A stretch of DNA of 64,000 nucleotides from Spirochaetales bacterium (GTDB lineage Bacteria > Spirochaetota > Spirochaetia > JABEVK01): contig JBAXAI010000007.1 in NCBI GenBank assembly GCA_037142615.1, positions 64,001 through 128,000 on the forward strand, given 5' to 3'. The position numbers and the translations under genes were made by a program. The notes under the pieces are model-generated. The model had not been told where the DNA came from. It did not search any database and saw only the letters and a program-made list of their open reading frames with translations. Below are positions 24,274-33,179 of the stretch, piece after piece; the first letter of the stretch is position 1, and every line of letters starts with the position of its first letter.

Positions 24274-25584
24274 GTGTTTATGCTCGTTCCTGTTTCCCGT
24301 TGGCGCGATCTTTCGGCAGCCGACAAGGCCAAACTCCTGCGGCGCTCCGGTCAGGACATCACGGCGGTGTTGCCCGTGGTGCAGGCGATTTTGGACGACG
24401 TGCGCCAGCACGGTGACGCGGCCTTGTGTCGCTACGCGCTGCAGTTCGACAAGGCCCACCTCACCCCGGCTTCTTTGCGCGTCTCCGAGGAGGAATGGGA
24501 GGCGGCCGAGGACCTTCTCACCGAAGAGGTGAAACAGGCGCTCCGGTTCTGCGTCGAAAACGTGCGCAAGGTCCACCTGCCGCAAAAGCCCGAAGGGATG
24601 ACGTGGCAAGAGGTGCGACCGGGCCTGATGGCGGGCGAACGGCCCCTGTCCATCGAGTCGGTGGGCCTGTACGTGCCCCGTGGCCGGGGAAGCTTCCCAT
24701 CGATGGTGTACATGCAAGCGGTTCCGGCCCAAATCGCCGGTGTGCCCCGTATTGTCCTGGTCACCCCACCCCTGGCCGACGGCACCATCGACCCGGCTTG
24801 TCTTTACGCAGCAAGACTTTGCGGTGTCCATGAGGTCTACAAGACCGGGGGATCCCAGGCCATCGCGGCGTTGGCCTACGGCACCGAAGTCATCGCTCCG
24901 GTCGTCAAGGTCAACGGGCCCGGCAGCCAGTACATCGCGGCGGCCAAGCGACTGCTGGCCGGCGTCGTCGATGTCGGGTTGCCCGCGGGGCCTTCCGAAT
25001 CGATGTTGCTCGCCGATGACAGTGCCAAACCGTGGAAGGTCGCACTCGATCTGATGGTCGAGGCCGAGCACGGCAGCGATTCCAGCGTCATCCTGGTGAC
25101 CACCAGCGAGAACCTGGCCCGTCAGAGCGCCCAGTACATCGGCGCCCTGGCCGAAAGTCTACCCGAGCCGCGACGGACCTTCCTCAAGGACGTGTTTTCG
25201 GGCTACGGCGCCATTCTGGTGTGCGAAACCCTCGAGGAAGGCGCGGCCATCGTCAACCAGTTCGCGCCCGAGCACCTGTCGATCCAAACCGAAGAACCGT
25301 TTGAAACGCTCGGACTGATCACCAACGCCAGCGAAATCCTGTTGGGCGAAAACCTGCCGTTCTCGGGGGCCAACTACGCGGCCGGTCCCAACGCCATTCT
25401 GCCCACCGGCGGCGCGGCCAAGACCTTCGGCCCGGTCAGCGTGCGCGATTTCATCAAGTATAACTCCGTGATTTTCGCCACCGGCCGTGGCTACGACGCG
25501 CTCAAAGGTCCTGTGACAACCTTGGCCGACTACGAGGGTTTTCCGGCGCACGCCGACGCGTTCCGCAAGCGTGGAGACAACTAG
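24274..25584 (+). CDS. hisD: Histidinol dehydrogenase family protein (atypical paralog)
   Basis: VGLYVPRG, GGSQAIAALAYGT, PAGPSE, EAEHG, APEHL, EGFPAHA. Confidence 0.85.
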   Translation: MFMLVPVSRWRDLSAADKAKLLRRSGQDITAVLPVVQAILDDVRQHGDAALCRYALQFDKAHLTPASLRVSEEEWEAAEDLLTEEVKQALRFCVENVRKVHLPQKPEGMTWQEVRPGLMAGERPLSIESVGLYVPRGRGSFPSMVYMQAVPAQIAGVPRIVLVTPPLADGTIDPACLYAARLCGVHEVYKTGGSQAIAALAYGTEVIAPVVKVNGPGSQYIAAAKRLLAGVVDVGLPAGPSESMLLADDSAKPWKVALDLMVEAEHGSDSSVILVTTSENLARQSAQYIGALAESLPEPRRTFLKDVFSGYGAILVCETLEEGAAIVNQFAPEHLSIQTEEPFETLGLITNASEILLGENLPFSGANYAAGPNAILPTGGAAKTFGPVSVRDFIKYNSVIFATGRGYDALKGPVTTLADYEGFPAHADAFRKRGDN

Positions 25585-25590
25585 GTCATC

Positions 25591-26940
25591 ATGACCCTCG
25601 CTGAATCGTGGCTGTGGCTGGAACACTTCACCAACCTCGAAAAACTGCCCTCGGCCACCAAGCGAACCTGGCGCTTGGACCGGATGCACGCGCTGTTGTC
25701 GGAACGCGGCCATCCTGAGCGGGCGATGATCGGCGTCCATTTGGCAGGTTCGAAGGGAAAAGGCTCGACGGCGGCCTTCTTGGCCTCGATTTTGACCCAG
25801 GGCGGCTGGTCGACAGGGCTGTATGCCTCGCCGCACGTGGCCGACTGGCGCGAGCGGATCACGCGCAACGGTGAGTTCTTTGCCGAACAAGCCTATACCG
25901 ACACGGTCGCCCGGCTGCGAACCTACTGGGAAACGATGGCGCCCGAGGTTCGCTCACGCTTCATCGACGACTGGGGCGGCGAACCGACCACGTTTGAGTG
26001 GCTGACCCTGGCAGCGTTCGAACTCTTTCGTCACGAGGGGCTCGACGCGCAAGTGCTCGAGACCGGCTTGGGGGGTCGCCTCGACGCCACCAACACGCAG
26101 GTGCCGCTGGCCAGCGTTCTCACCCTGATCGAGCGCGAACATACCGAGATCCTCGGCGACACCCTGCCCCTGATCGCTGCGGAAAAAGCCGGCATTATCA
26201 AGCCGGGGGTGCCGGTTTTCACGGCCCCACAGAGCCTCGAGGTTCTGAACGTGTTCCGCCAGAAGGCCAAGGAGTCGGGTTCGCGACTCTACAGTTTCGA
26301 CGAGGAAATCGACGACCTCGATGTCGGCCTGGAACCCACGGGCACGCGCCTGCTGGTCGAGTTTGCCGACGGGAGCGGAGTGCAGGCCCACCTCCAGGTG
26401 CTCGGGCTGGCGCAAGGGACCAACGCTGCCCTCGCCGCCCTCGTCATCAAAACGCTGGTTGCCGAGGGTTTGCTCCCGCTCAACACCCACCTGACGCTCG
26501 AGGAAGTCCTGAAGCGAGGCTTGGAGACCGTGACGCTGACCGGGCGCATGCAGGTGTTGCAGCACGACCCGTTGGTGGTGGTCGACGGCGCACACACCGC
26601 CCGCTCGGTCCAACTGCTGACCAAATCGTGGAAGCAGTTGTTCGGCGGTGGTACTTTGGTGTTCGGGGCCTTTGCCGGCAAAGACATAGAAGCCATGGTG
26701 GCTTGGCTCGCGCCGGTCTTTTCGCGGGTGGTGGTGACCAAGCCTGGCACTTTCCGGCCCAGCGACCCCGAAGCACTGGCGCAGGCGTTCACAAACGCGT
26801 CCCAGCGTCCCGAAGTGGTCGAAATCGCCGCCAGTCCCGCCGAGGCGCTCGCTTGGGCCCTGAATCTGCCCAACCCCGGCCCCGTGCTGGTCTGCGGGTC
26901 GTTTTACCTGGTGGGCGAGATTCTTAACTCGCGCAAGTAG
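25591..26940 (+). CDS. folC: Folylpolyglutamate synthase/dihydrofolate synthase
   Basis: HLAGSKGKGST, SPHV..WRERI, ETGLGGRLDATN, DGAHT, CGSFYLVGE. Confidence 0.95.
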   Translation: MTLAESWLWLEHFTNLEKLPSATKRTWRLDRMHALLSERGHPERAMIGVHLAGSKGKGSTAAFLASILTQGGWSTGLYASPHVADWRERITRNGEFFAEQAYTDTVARLRTYWETMAPEVRSRFIDDWGGEPTTFEWLTLAAFELFRHEGLDAQVLETGLGGRLDATNTQVPLASVLTLIEREHTEILGDTLPLIAAEKAGIIKPGVPVFTAPQSLEVLNVFRQKAKESGSRLYSFDEEIDDLDVGLEPTGTRLLVEFADGSGVQAHLQVLGLAQGTNAALAALVIKTLVAEGLLPLNTHLTLEEVLKRGLETVTLTGRMQVLQHDPLVVVDGAHTARSVQLLTKSWKQLFGGGTLVFGAFAGKDIEAMVAWLAPVFSRVVVTKPGTFRPSDPEALAQAFTNASQRPEVVEIAASPAEALAWALNLPNPGPVLVCGSFYLVGEILNSRK

Positions 26941-26952
26941 GCCCCCCGAAGT

Positions 26953-28374
26953 TCAGTTGGCCTTGGTGAACGCCAGCAACTCGGCCTCTTTGGCGCTGTC
27001 GATGAGCCCCATTGCCTTCGCCACGGTGAAGAACTCCTCGATCTGGGCAAACGCATGCAACCGGACGCCCTGAGCGTCCATGTCGCGGCGGCCCTGAACC
27101 CCTCGCTCGAGCAGCACCACCAGGTCCTTCACGACCAGGCCCTCGGCCCGCAGCACGTCGATGGCCTCGAGCTTGCTCTTGCCGGTGGTGATCAGGTCAT
27201 CGAGCAACAGCGCCTTGTCGCCCTTCTTGAACTCGCCTTCCACGTTGTTTCCGGTGCCGTGGGGTTTGGGAGGAATCCGCGGGTAAATCAGCGGAGTCCC
27301 CGTCTGGAGGCTGGCCGCCGTCGCCAAGGGCAAAGCCGCCAAGGGGATGCCCGCCACGCAGTGGAAGTCCAAATCGCGCATCAGTTGAGCGTAGGCCTTG
27401 CCGACCAGCTTGAGCACCTTGGGGTCGCTGGCCACGCGTCGCAGGTCCACGTAGAACGGGCTTTTGAGCCCGCTCTTGAGGATGAACTCGCCGAGTTGGA
27501 AGCACTCGGTGCGGATCAGGCCTTCGAGCACTTTGCGCTTGAGCTTGGTCATGGTGGCAGGATCGCGCAGACGGCGCCCGAGAACCGCAGCCCGTTCCAG
27601 ATTGATCTGATCGCGCAGTTCGGTGGCCTTTTGCGCCGGGTTCTCAGCCTGGGCAATTTCGCGCGACACGTTGACGAGCAGGCCCAGCCCGTCCGCACGG
27701 ATTCCGGCGCTGACAGCACCCTTCACCGTGCCCCCTTGAGCGCCGACGCCGGGCGCCAGAAACCAGGTCTGTGGTAAGGCCTCGCGCAGCAATTCCAAGG
27801 CAGCTTCGTCGTTGCCCGCCACCACCAAGCCGACCCGGCGGTCCCAGCCGGCCGCGATGCGGGCCGCCTTCCGATACAGCGGATCGCCCTTGTGCGGCAG
27901 GTCCTGCAACTCGCCCGCCGACGGATTCGAGGTCCGCGCCAGCACAAACACTCCCTTGCCCTCGTGCTTGAGGAATGGGTCGGCGCTGTCTCGGCCCATC
28001 CAGGGGGCAATGGTCACGCAGCCGACCTTGGGATTGCGAAAACTCGCGCGGGCGTAGGCTTCGGCCGTGGGGCCAATGTCGCCGCGCTTGGCGTCCAGGA
28101 TGACCGGAGTCCCTTCTGGGATGAGCGCCAAGGTTTCCTCGAGCGCCCAGAGGCCTTCCGGGCCCCAGGCTTCGTAAAACGCACTGTTAGGTTTGTACGC
28201 CGCCGCTACCGCTGTGGTGGCCTCAATCAGCGCGCGGTTGGCCGCCACGATGGCCTTGCGGGCCTCCTGCGGGGTCTTGGCTTCGACCCGGGGATCGAGC
28301 CCCACGCACAGCAGGCTGCTCTTCTGCAAGCAAGAAGCTTCCAGTTCGGAAAAGAAATCCGGGGCTGTTTTCAT
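26953..28374 (-). CDS. pyrF-pyrE: Fused OMP decarboxylase-orotate phosphoribosyltransferase
   Basis: LCVGLDP, DAKRGDIG, LAPGVGAQGG, then LKSGLKSPFYVDLR, LLDDLITTG. Confidence 0.93.
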   Translation of the reverse strand: MKTAPDFFSELEASCLQKSSLLCVGLDPRVEAKTPQEARKAIVAANRALIEATTAVAAAYKPNSAFYEAWGPEGLWALEETLALIPEGTPVILDAKRGDIGPTAEAYARASFRNPKVGCVTIAPWMGRDSADPFLKHEGKGVFVLARTSNPSAGELQDLPHKGDPLYRKAARIAAGWDRRVGLVVAGNDEAALELLREALPQTWFLAPGVGAQGGTVKGAVSAGIRADGLGLLVNVSREIAQAENPAQKATELRDQINLERAAVLGRRLRDPATMTKLKRKVLEGLIRTECFQLGEFILKSGLKSPFYVDLRRVASDPKVLKLVGKAYAQLMRDLDFHCVAGIPLAALPLATAASLQTGTPLIYPRIPPKPHGTGNNVEGEFKKGDKALLLDDLITTGKSKLEAIDVLRAEGLVVKDLVVLLERGVQGRRDMDAQGVRLHAFAQIEEFFTVAKAMGLIDSAKEAELLAFTKAN

Positions 28375-28381
28375 GGCCCTG

Positions 28382-28464
28382 AGGATAGCGGGGCCGTTGC
28401 CGAGGTGTCAAGGTTGCAGAATTGCTCTTGCCAGTTGACACTCCCCCGGCGAGTCTGGTAGTTT
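28382..28464. promoter_or_regulatory. Divergent sigma70-like promoters (pyrF-pyrE and tRNA-Pro)
   Basis: Minus: TTGACA-N18-TATCCT (28411-28382). Plus: TTGACA(28435)-N18-TAGTTT with upstream TG. Confidence 0.6.
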
Positions 28465-28480
28465 CATCCTTCGTGAATAA

Positions 28481-28554
28481 CGGGCTATAGCGCAGGGGTT
28501 TAGCGCACTAGTCTGGGGGACTAGGGGTCGGCGGTTCAAATCCGCCTAGCCCGA
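28481..28554 (+). tRNA. tRNA-Pro(GGG)
   Basis: CGGGCTATAGCGCAG...CTAGT-CTGGGGG-ACTAG...GGTTCAAATCCGCCTAGCCCGA. Confidence 0.95.
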
Positions 28555-28616
28555 AACAAACACTTCGCGTTTGTTTCCTGGAGGAGCCGCTGTGCGGCCC
28601 CTCACCGATTCGGTGA

Positions 28617-28646
28617 CGCCAATCCGCAGGGGTTGGCGTTTTTTTT
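28617..28646 (+). terminator. Rho-independent terminator
   Basis: CGCCAATCC-GCAG-GGGTTGGCG plus T8. Confidence 0.8.
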
Positions 28647-28726
28647 GCAACAGTCAATAGCTTACAAAACTACTCCACATTAGCCGGGTGCTGCGTTATA
28701 CTGCGGGGACACAGGAGGTACGGTCC

Positions 28727-30862
28727 ATGACAACCCGCTTCCGTCTGGCCTTCTTGGCGTCAGCTTGGGCCATGGCTGTGACCCCGCTGCCGTCCCAGAC
28801 GTCACCTTGGGCCCTGACGTTCAACGTCGATCCTTACGTTGTGACGCCTATCGACAAAGCCAGCGACAACACCACCAGTTTGTTCCCCTACGGCCTCGGG
28901 ACGAAGGTCTCGGTCGACTACACGCCTGCCCGGCTCCCGCTGGTCTCGCTGGGCCTCGTGGGCGACTACGCCAAGCTCACCACGCCCGACCCGTCCTTGG
29001 CTGTCTACCTCGCGGGCGGCGGACTTCAACTGGGTCTTAACCTCAAGGTCCTGCCGGCTCTGAGCGTGATCGCGACCGGATCAGGCGGCGTCTTCACGGC
29101 TGGAGTGGCTCCGACGGCCTTTTCGGGCCTAGGTGGATGGATCTCGGCCGGTGCTGGCCTCGGCCTCAACATCGGTGACTTCTTTTCTTTGCACTTCGCT
29201 GCCAACTATCAGGATAACTTCGAGTCGCTGTCGAGATCTCTGTACAGCGGGGCTTCGTACAGCCTTTCGGCCCACTTCATGCCAGCGGGAAATGCTCCGT
29301 TCATTCTCGACACCACCGTTCCAGCGGGCTTTGCAGCCATCCAGCGCGAAAAAAAGGGCGTGAAGCTCGTTGGCCTAAAGACAGACCGCATCTTTCCGGT
29401 GTTCAAAAACTACTACGATGCCAGCCCGGTGGCGCAGGTCATTTTGCACAACTACGATCCTTCCGACGCCCAGAATGTCAGCGTTTCGGCTTTGGTGAAG
29501 GACTACATGAATGGCCCCCGCGACCTTACGGTTCCCGCGACAATTCCTGCCGGCGGCGATGCGAAAATCGACGTGTACACCCTCTTGAACGACCGAGTTC
29601 TGACGATTGCAGAGACGACCAAACTCACGTTGGGGTTCACCGTCAAGTACCGGCAGAACGGGCAAGAATACACGGAGTCGTACGATCCCACCATCGAATC
29701 GCTCTACCGCAACGCCATCACATGGGACGACGACCAGCACGTAGCGGCCTTCATCTCGGCGCGCGACCCAGCAGCCTACGGCTTTGTCCGCGCGCTCGTG
29801 GCAGCCACGCGCGACCAACGCAACCACGCGCTGAGCACCAACCTCCAAACGGCCATGGTGGTCCACGAGGCCCTCAAACAACACGGTTTGATCTACTCCA
29901 AGGTTCCCAGTTCGCCGTTCAATACCGGCGACAAAGTCACCGTCGATACCGTGCAGTTCCCGCAGGAAACGCTGGTCAGCAAGACCGGAGACTGCAGCGA
30001 CCTCACGGTGCTCTGGTGCTCTTTACTCGAGTCGGTGGGCATCGAGACGGCAGCCGTCACCACGCCCGGCCACATCTACATGGCCTTTGCGCTCGAAATC
30101 AGCCCCGAACAGGCCGTGGCGCTGTTGGGCAGCCGCGACCAGTTCCTTCTGCGCGGTGGCAAGGCCTGGGTTCCCGTCGAGACCACGCTGATTTCTGACT
30201 CGTTCATGAACGCCTGGAAGGAAGGGGCCCGTGAGTCCGACCCACTGGTTCAGCCCAGCCTGGGGTTCTACCCGATTCACGACGCGTGGAAGATCTACGC
30301 GCCAGTGGTGGTATCCGGTACAGCCGCGCCGCCCGCGATTCCCTCCGACGCTAAGCTGACCCAGTCCCTCGCCGCCGAACTCGATAGCCTGTACCGTAGC
30401 GAGTTGGAACCGCGCGCTGCCAAACTGAGGGCCGACCTCGCAGCCGGAGGAGCTAATGCCGCCAAGACGACGAGTTCGCTGGCCCTACTCTACGCCCGCT
30501 ACGGCGAGTACGAACAGGCGGCCCAACTTCTGACCGAGCTGACAGCCAAGCAAAGCTACGGACCTGCCTTTGTCAATCTGGGAAATATCTTGTTGCTGCA
30601 GAAGAAATACCCCGAGGCTCTGGCTAGGTTCGACTCGTGGTTGACCATCAACCCCGACGAGGCGCTTGCCGTGGCTGGCGAGGCATTGGCCTACGACGGA
30701 ATGGGCGACCGAGCCAATTCCCAGGCTGCCTTTACGCGCCTGTCGTCCCTCGACAAAAGGCTGGCTGCCAAGTACACCTACCTCGGAGCTGCGGCCAGCG
30801 ACGGTGGCGGGCGGGCCGCCGAGGCGGGCCAACTTGAAAGTGTCGTGGAGTGGAAGGAATGA
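28727..30862 (+). CDS. Exported protein: beta-barrel-like N-terminus, transglutaminase-like domain, TPR repeats
   Basis: AGGAGG RBS, signal peptide, amphipathic strands, GDCSDLTVLWCSLLESVGI, PGHIYMAF, WVPVETT, TPRs (AFVNLGNILLLQKKYPEAL). Confidence 0.8.
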   Translation: MTTRFRLAFLASAWAMAVTPLPSQTSPWALTFNVDPYVVTPIDKASDNTTSLFPYGLGTKVSVDYTPARLPLVSLGLVGDYAKLTTPDPSLAVYLAGGGLQLGLNLKVLPALSVIATGSGGVFTAGVAPTAFSGLGGWISAGAGLGLNIGDFFSLHFAANYQDNFESLSRSLYSGASYSLSAHFMPAGNAPFILDTTVPAGFAAIQREKKGVKLVGLKTDRIFPVFKNYYDASPVAQVILHNYDPSDAQNVSVSALVKDYMNGPRDLTVPATIPAGGDAKIDVYTLLNDRVLTIAETTKLTLGFTVKYRQNGQEYTESYDPTIESLYRNAITWDDDQHVAAFISARDPAAYGFVRALVAATRDQRNHALSTNLQTAMVVHEALKQHGLIYSKVPSSPFNTGDKVTVDTVQFPQETLVSKTGDCSDLTVLWCSLLESVGIETAAVTTPGHIYMAFALEISPEQAVALLGSRDQFLLRGGKAWVPVETTLISDSFMNAWKEGARESDPLVQPSLGFYPIHDAWKIYAPVVVSGTAAPPAIPSDAKLTQSLAAELDSLYRSELEPRAAKLRADLAAGGANAAKTTSSLALLYARYGEYEQAAQLLTELTAKQSYGPAFVNLGNILLLQKKYPEALARFDSWLTINPDEALAVAGEALAYDGMGDRANSQAAFTRLSSLDKRLAAKYTYLGAAASDGGGRAAEAGQLESVVEWKE

Positions 30863-30865
30863 ACG

Positions 30866-32851
30866 TCACCAGAAACGGGAAATCGAAAGGTCGTAGTTGA
30901 CGGAATAACCGGAGCCGGCCAGGATGTACCCGCGCTGTCCGGCGACGAGGGCTTCGCCGTTGGGTTGCAGGCAGACGGCATTCCACTGATCGAGGGCTCC
31001 CGCACCGGCCCGAAGGACGTACCCGGAGACGCCATTGTAACTGTTATCCAGATTGCCGCTGGGCGTGTAGCGGGTCAGGTTCAGTTGCGTTCCCAAGACA
31101 GAAGCGGCCCCGGAGCTCAGGATCCTCGTCGTACCAGCGACGAGGATCTTTCCTGTCGTAGAGATCGCGACGCTCCGCGGTTCATCCCACTGCACGTTGT
31201 TGGTTACGTTGAACCCAGCAGGAAACGGGTTGGCCAGCGGCAGCCTCTGACCCGTGTACCCAAAAGCAAAACCGCTGGCGCCAAAGTTCGTGTCGAGAGT
31301 GCCCGAAAGGGTCAGGCGACCCACAAGTTGAGGGTGGTCCTTATTCGAGTCGGCCGTCGGAGTTCCGACAAACACGATCTTTCCATCACTCTGGCCGGCG
31401 GCAGCCGTGATGGAAGCTGAGCCGGACTTGACTCCAGCGAAATTCGGCAGACTGACCGACGCGACTCCCGAGTTGCCGTACGTGGTGTCCAGAGTCCCGT
31501 CGGATCGGAATCTCACCGTGTCAACAAACCAGTTAGTTGTGTCGGTCGATGTCATGACGGCCGTCAAAGACCCGTCGGCGTTCAAGACAACGGCGACCGG
31601 GGTCCCGATAATCGCTGTTTCTGTATACCCAGCAGAGCCAAAACTTGCATCCAAGGTGCCATCCGGGGAGTACCTGGCGATGGTCAAGTAAGTGTTGCTG
31701 ACGCCGGCCACGACAATCCGGGCCGACGAGTCGACGACCAGCGAGGTAGCCCTGGAAGGGTCGACCGCGCCAAAACTGTCAAACTTGCGTTCGAGTGACA
31801 TCGCGTCGGCGGCGAAACGGAGCACCGTCCAAACCTGGGTAGTCGAGGTTTGACTTCCCACGTCGGCTGAGTTCATGGTGCCCTCCCAACCGGCCACCAG
31901 GAACTTGTTGTCGGTCTGGACGGCGACGGCGAAGGCATCCGAGGTCAACATGTCGTGTTTACCGCCGGTCAGGTCCTCTTGCGACTCGCGGTAGCGCAGG
32001 TAACTGGTGGCCAGACCCCCTCCGGTCGGACTAGACTTGGTGACAATGATGCGGGGGTAGAGGCCATTGCTGCTTCGGTCCCAAATCATGTGCCCGGCTG
32101 CGACGATGTCTGCCGTGGATTGAACGGCCAAGGCAACCAGGCTGCCAGAAAGGCCACTCGCGTCGCCCGAGGCACCGTACGACGTGTCCGGCGTCCCCGC
32201 TTGGTGGGAGGTGTAGGTTCCCAGGGCAACGCGTGAGGAACGCCAGCCCGTCTGCGAGGCCACCGCCTGGAAGGTTGTTGTCGAATTGGCAGGCAGAGAG
32301 AAGGAGCCGGTGTATAGGTTGCCGAACGTAGGACTTGGAGCCGACAAACCATCCGAGGTGTAACGGATGCTGGATCCCGAAGTGCTGACCAACGAAATCA
32401 GGGTATCAGAAGAATAGTCTCCCGGAACCGGCCAAAAGATAGGTGTCGAAAGCAGCAGATAATCAAGGGAATAGGTCGCCGAAAAGACCTGGCTCGACTG
32501 GTACCCTGACTTGGTGGCAATAGCCTTCAGCGTCAAGGTTGTTCCATCTCCGGCCAGCGGCACCGGGTTTGGTGTCGATGGCGACGATTCCGTCGGGAGG
32601 CTGCCGTCGGTGGTGTAGTGAACCTGAGCGTCCGGAGTTTTTGTCGCAAGTGAAATAAGGATGTCTGTGGAGTAAGTCGACGAGGTGGCATCTGCGAGGG
32701 TTCCTTCCACGCTCGCGGCCGGAGTTTCGACGGTCTCCAGCTGACTGGCCTGGTAGTCAGACACCCTCTGTGCAATGGCGCCCTTGAGCACAATCGGATC
32801 GCACGAGGTCAGTCCCAAGACAGCCATCAGAATACAAGCAGCCCATCGCAC
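30866..32851 (-). CDS. Lipoprotein with chitobiase/beta-hexosaminidase C-terminal-like repeats and Delta-60-type propeller repeats
   Basis: LTS-C lipobox; two (V/I)(H/R)YT(T/S)DG repeats; repeated AVQ.D.KI.VAG and DGTLD..FG units. Confidence 0.85.
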   Translation of the reverse strand: MRWAACILMAVLGLTSCDPIVLKGAIAQRVSDYQASQLETVETPAASVEGTLADATSSTYSTDILISLATKTPDAQVHYTTDGSLPTESSPSTPNPVPLAGDGTTLTLKAIATKSGYQSSQVFSATYSLDYLLLSTPIFWPVPGDYSSDTLISLVSTSGSSIRYTSDGLSAPSPTFGNLYTGSFSLPANSTTTFQAVASQTGWRSSRVALGTYTSHQAGTPDTSYGASGDASGLSGSLVALAVQSTADIVAAGHMIWDRSSNGLYPRIIVTKSSPTGGGLATSYLRYRESQEDLTGGKHDMLTSDAFAVAVQTDNKFLVAGWEGTMNSADVGSQTSTTQVWTVLRFAADAMSLERKFDSFGAVDPSRATSLVVDSSARIVVAGVSNTYLTIARYSPDGTLDASFGSAGYTETAIIGTPVAVVLNADGSLTAVMTSTDTTNWFVDTVRFRSDGTLDTTYGNSGVASVSLPNFAGVKSGSASITAAAGQSDGKIVFVGTPTADSNKDHPQLVGRLTLSGTLDTNFGASGFAFGYTGQRLPLANPFPAGFNVTNNVQWDEPRSVAISTTGKILVAGTTRILSSGAASVLGTQLNLTRYTPSGNLDNSYNGVSGYVLRAGAGALDQWNAVCLQPNGEALVAGQRGYILAGSGYSVNYDLSISRFW

Positions 32852-32953
32852 TGTCTGACCTCCCTCGAACTCAAAGCCTACTGAGTTAGTAAGGTACTAT
32901 TAGCCTTCAAACTTGCCAAGGACTTTTTCGGTCCGTGCGTTGTTGCTTTGGAC

Positions 32954-32982
32954 TTGACACCCCCGCTCGTTGTGTATAGTTT
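32954..32982 (+). promoter_or_regulatory. sigma70-like promoter with no protein gene downstream on its strand
   Basis: TTGACA-N17-TAGTTT (overlapping TATAGT). Confidence 0.6.
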
Positions 32983-32988
32983 TTCTCC

Positions 32989-33172
32989 TTGTCGCTAGGT
33001 TGTACCGGCGATGAATAGGCGTTAAGTTCTTTCGGGAACCCGCCGACAAAATGTCTGTTGCATGGTCATTCCCAACGGGATGAATCACCAATGGGCAGTA
33101 TGCTGGAGCGTGGCCGGTCTTTGCAGATCGACCCTGCGACTCCTCACACGGCAGAGTGCACTCAAAGCACTC
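32989..33172 (+). ncRNA. Candidate structured non-coding RNA
   Basis: Promoter plus consecutive hairpins with plus-strand G-U wobbles and a UUCG loop; family not recognised. Confidence 0.45.
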
Positions 33173-33179
33173 AGAGCAC

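Noticed and set aside
32989-33172. M-box (ykoK) riboswitch resemblance (CGCTAGGT, AAAATGTC, CCAATGGG)
   Set aside because: The GAGGCTCCT core is absent and no gene follows on this strand; kept as an unclassified RNA candidate.
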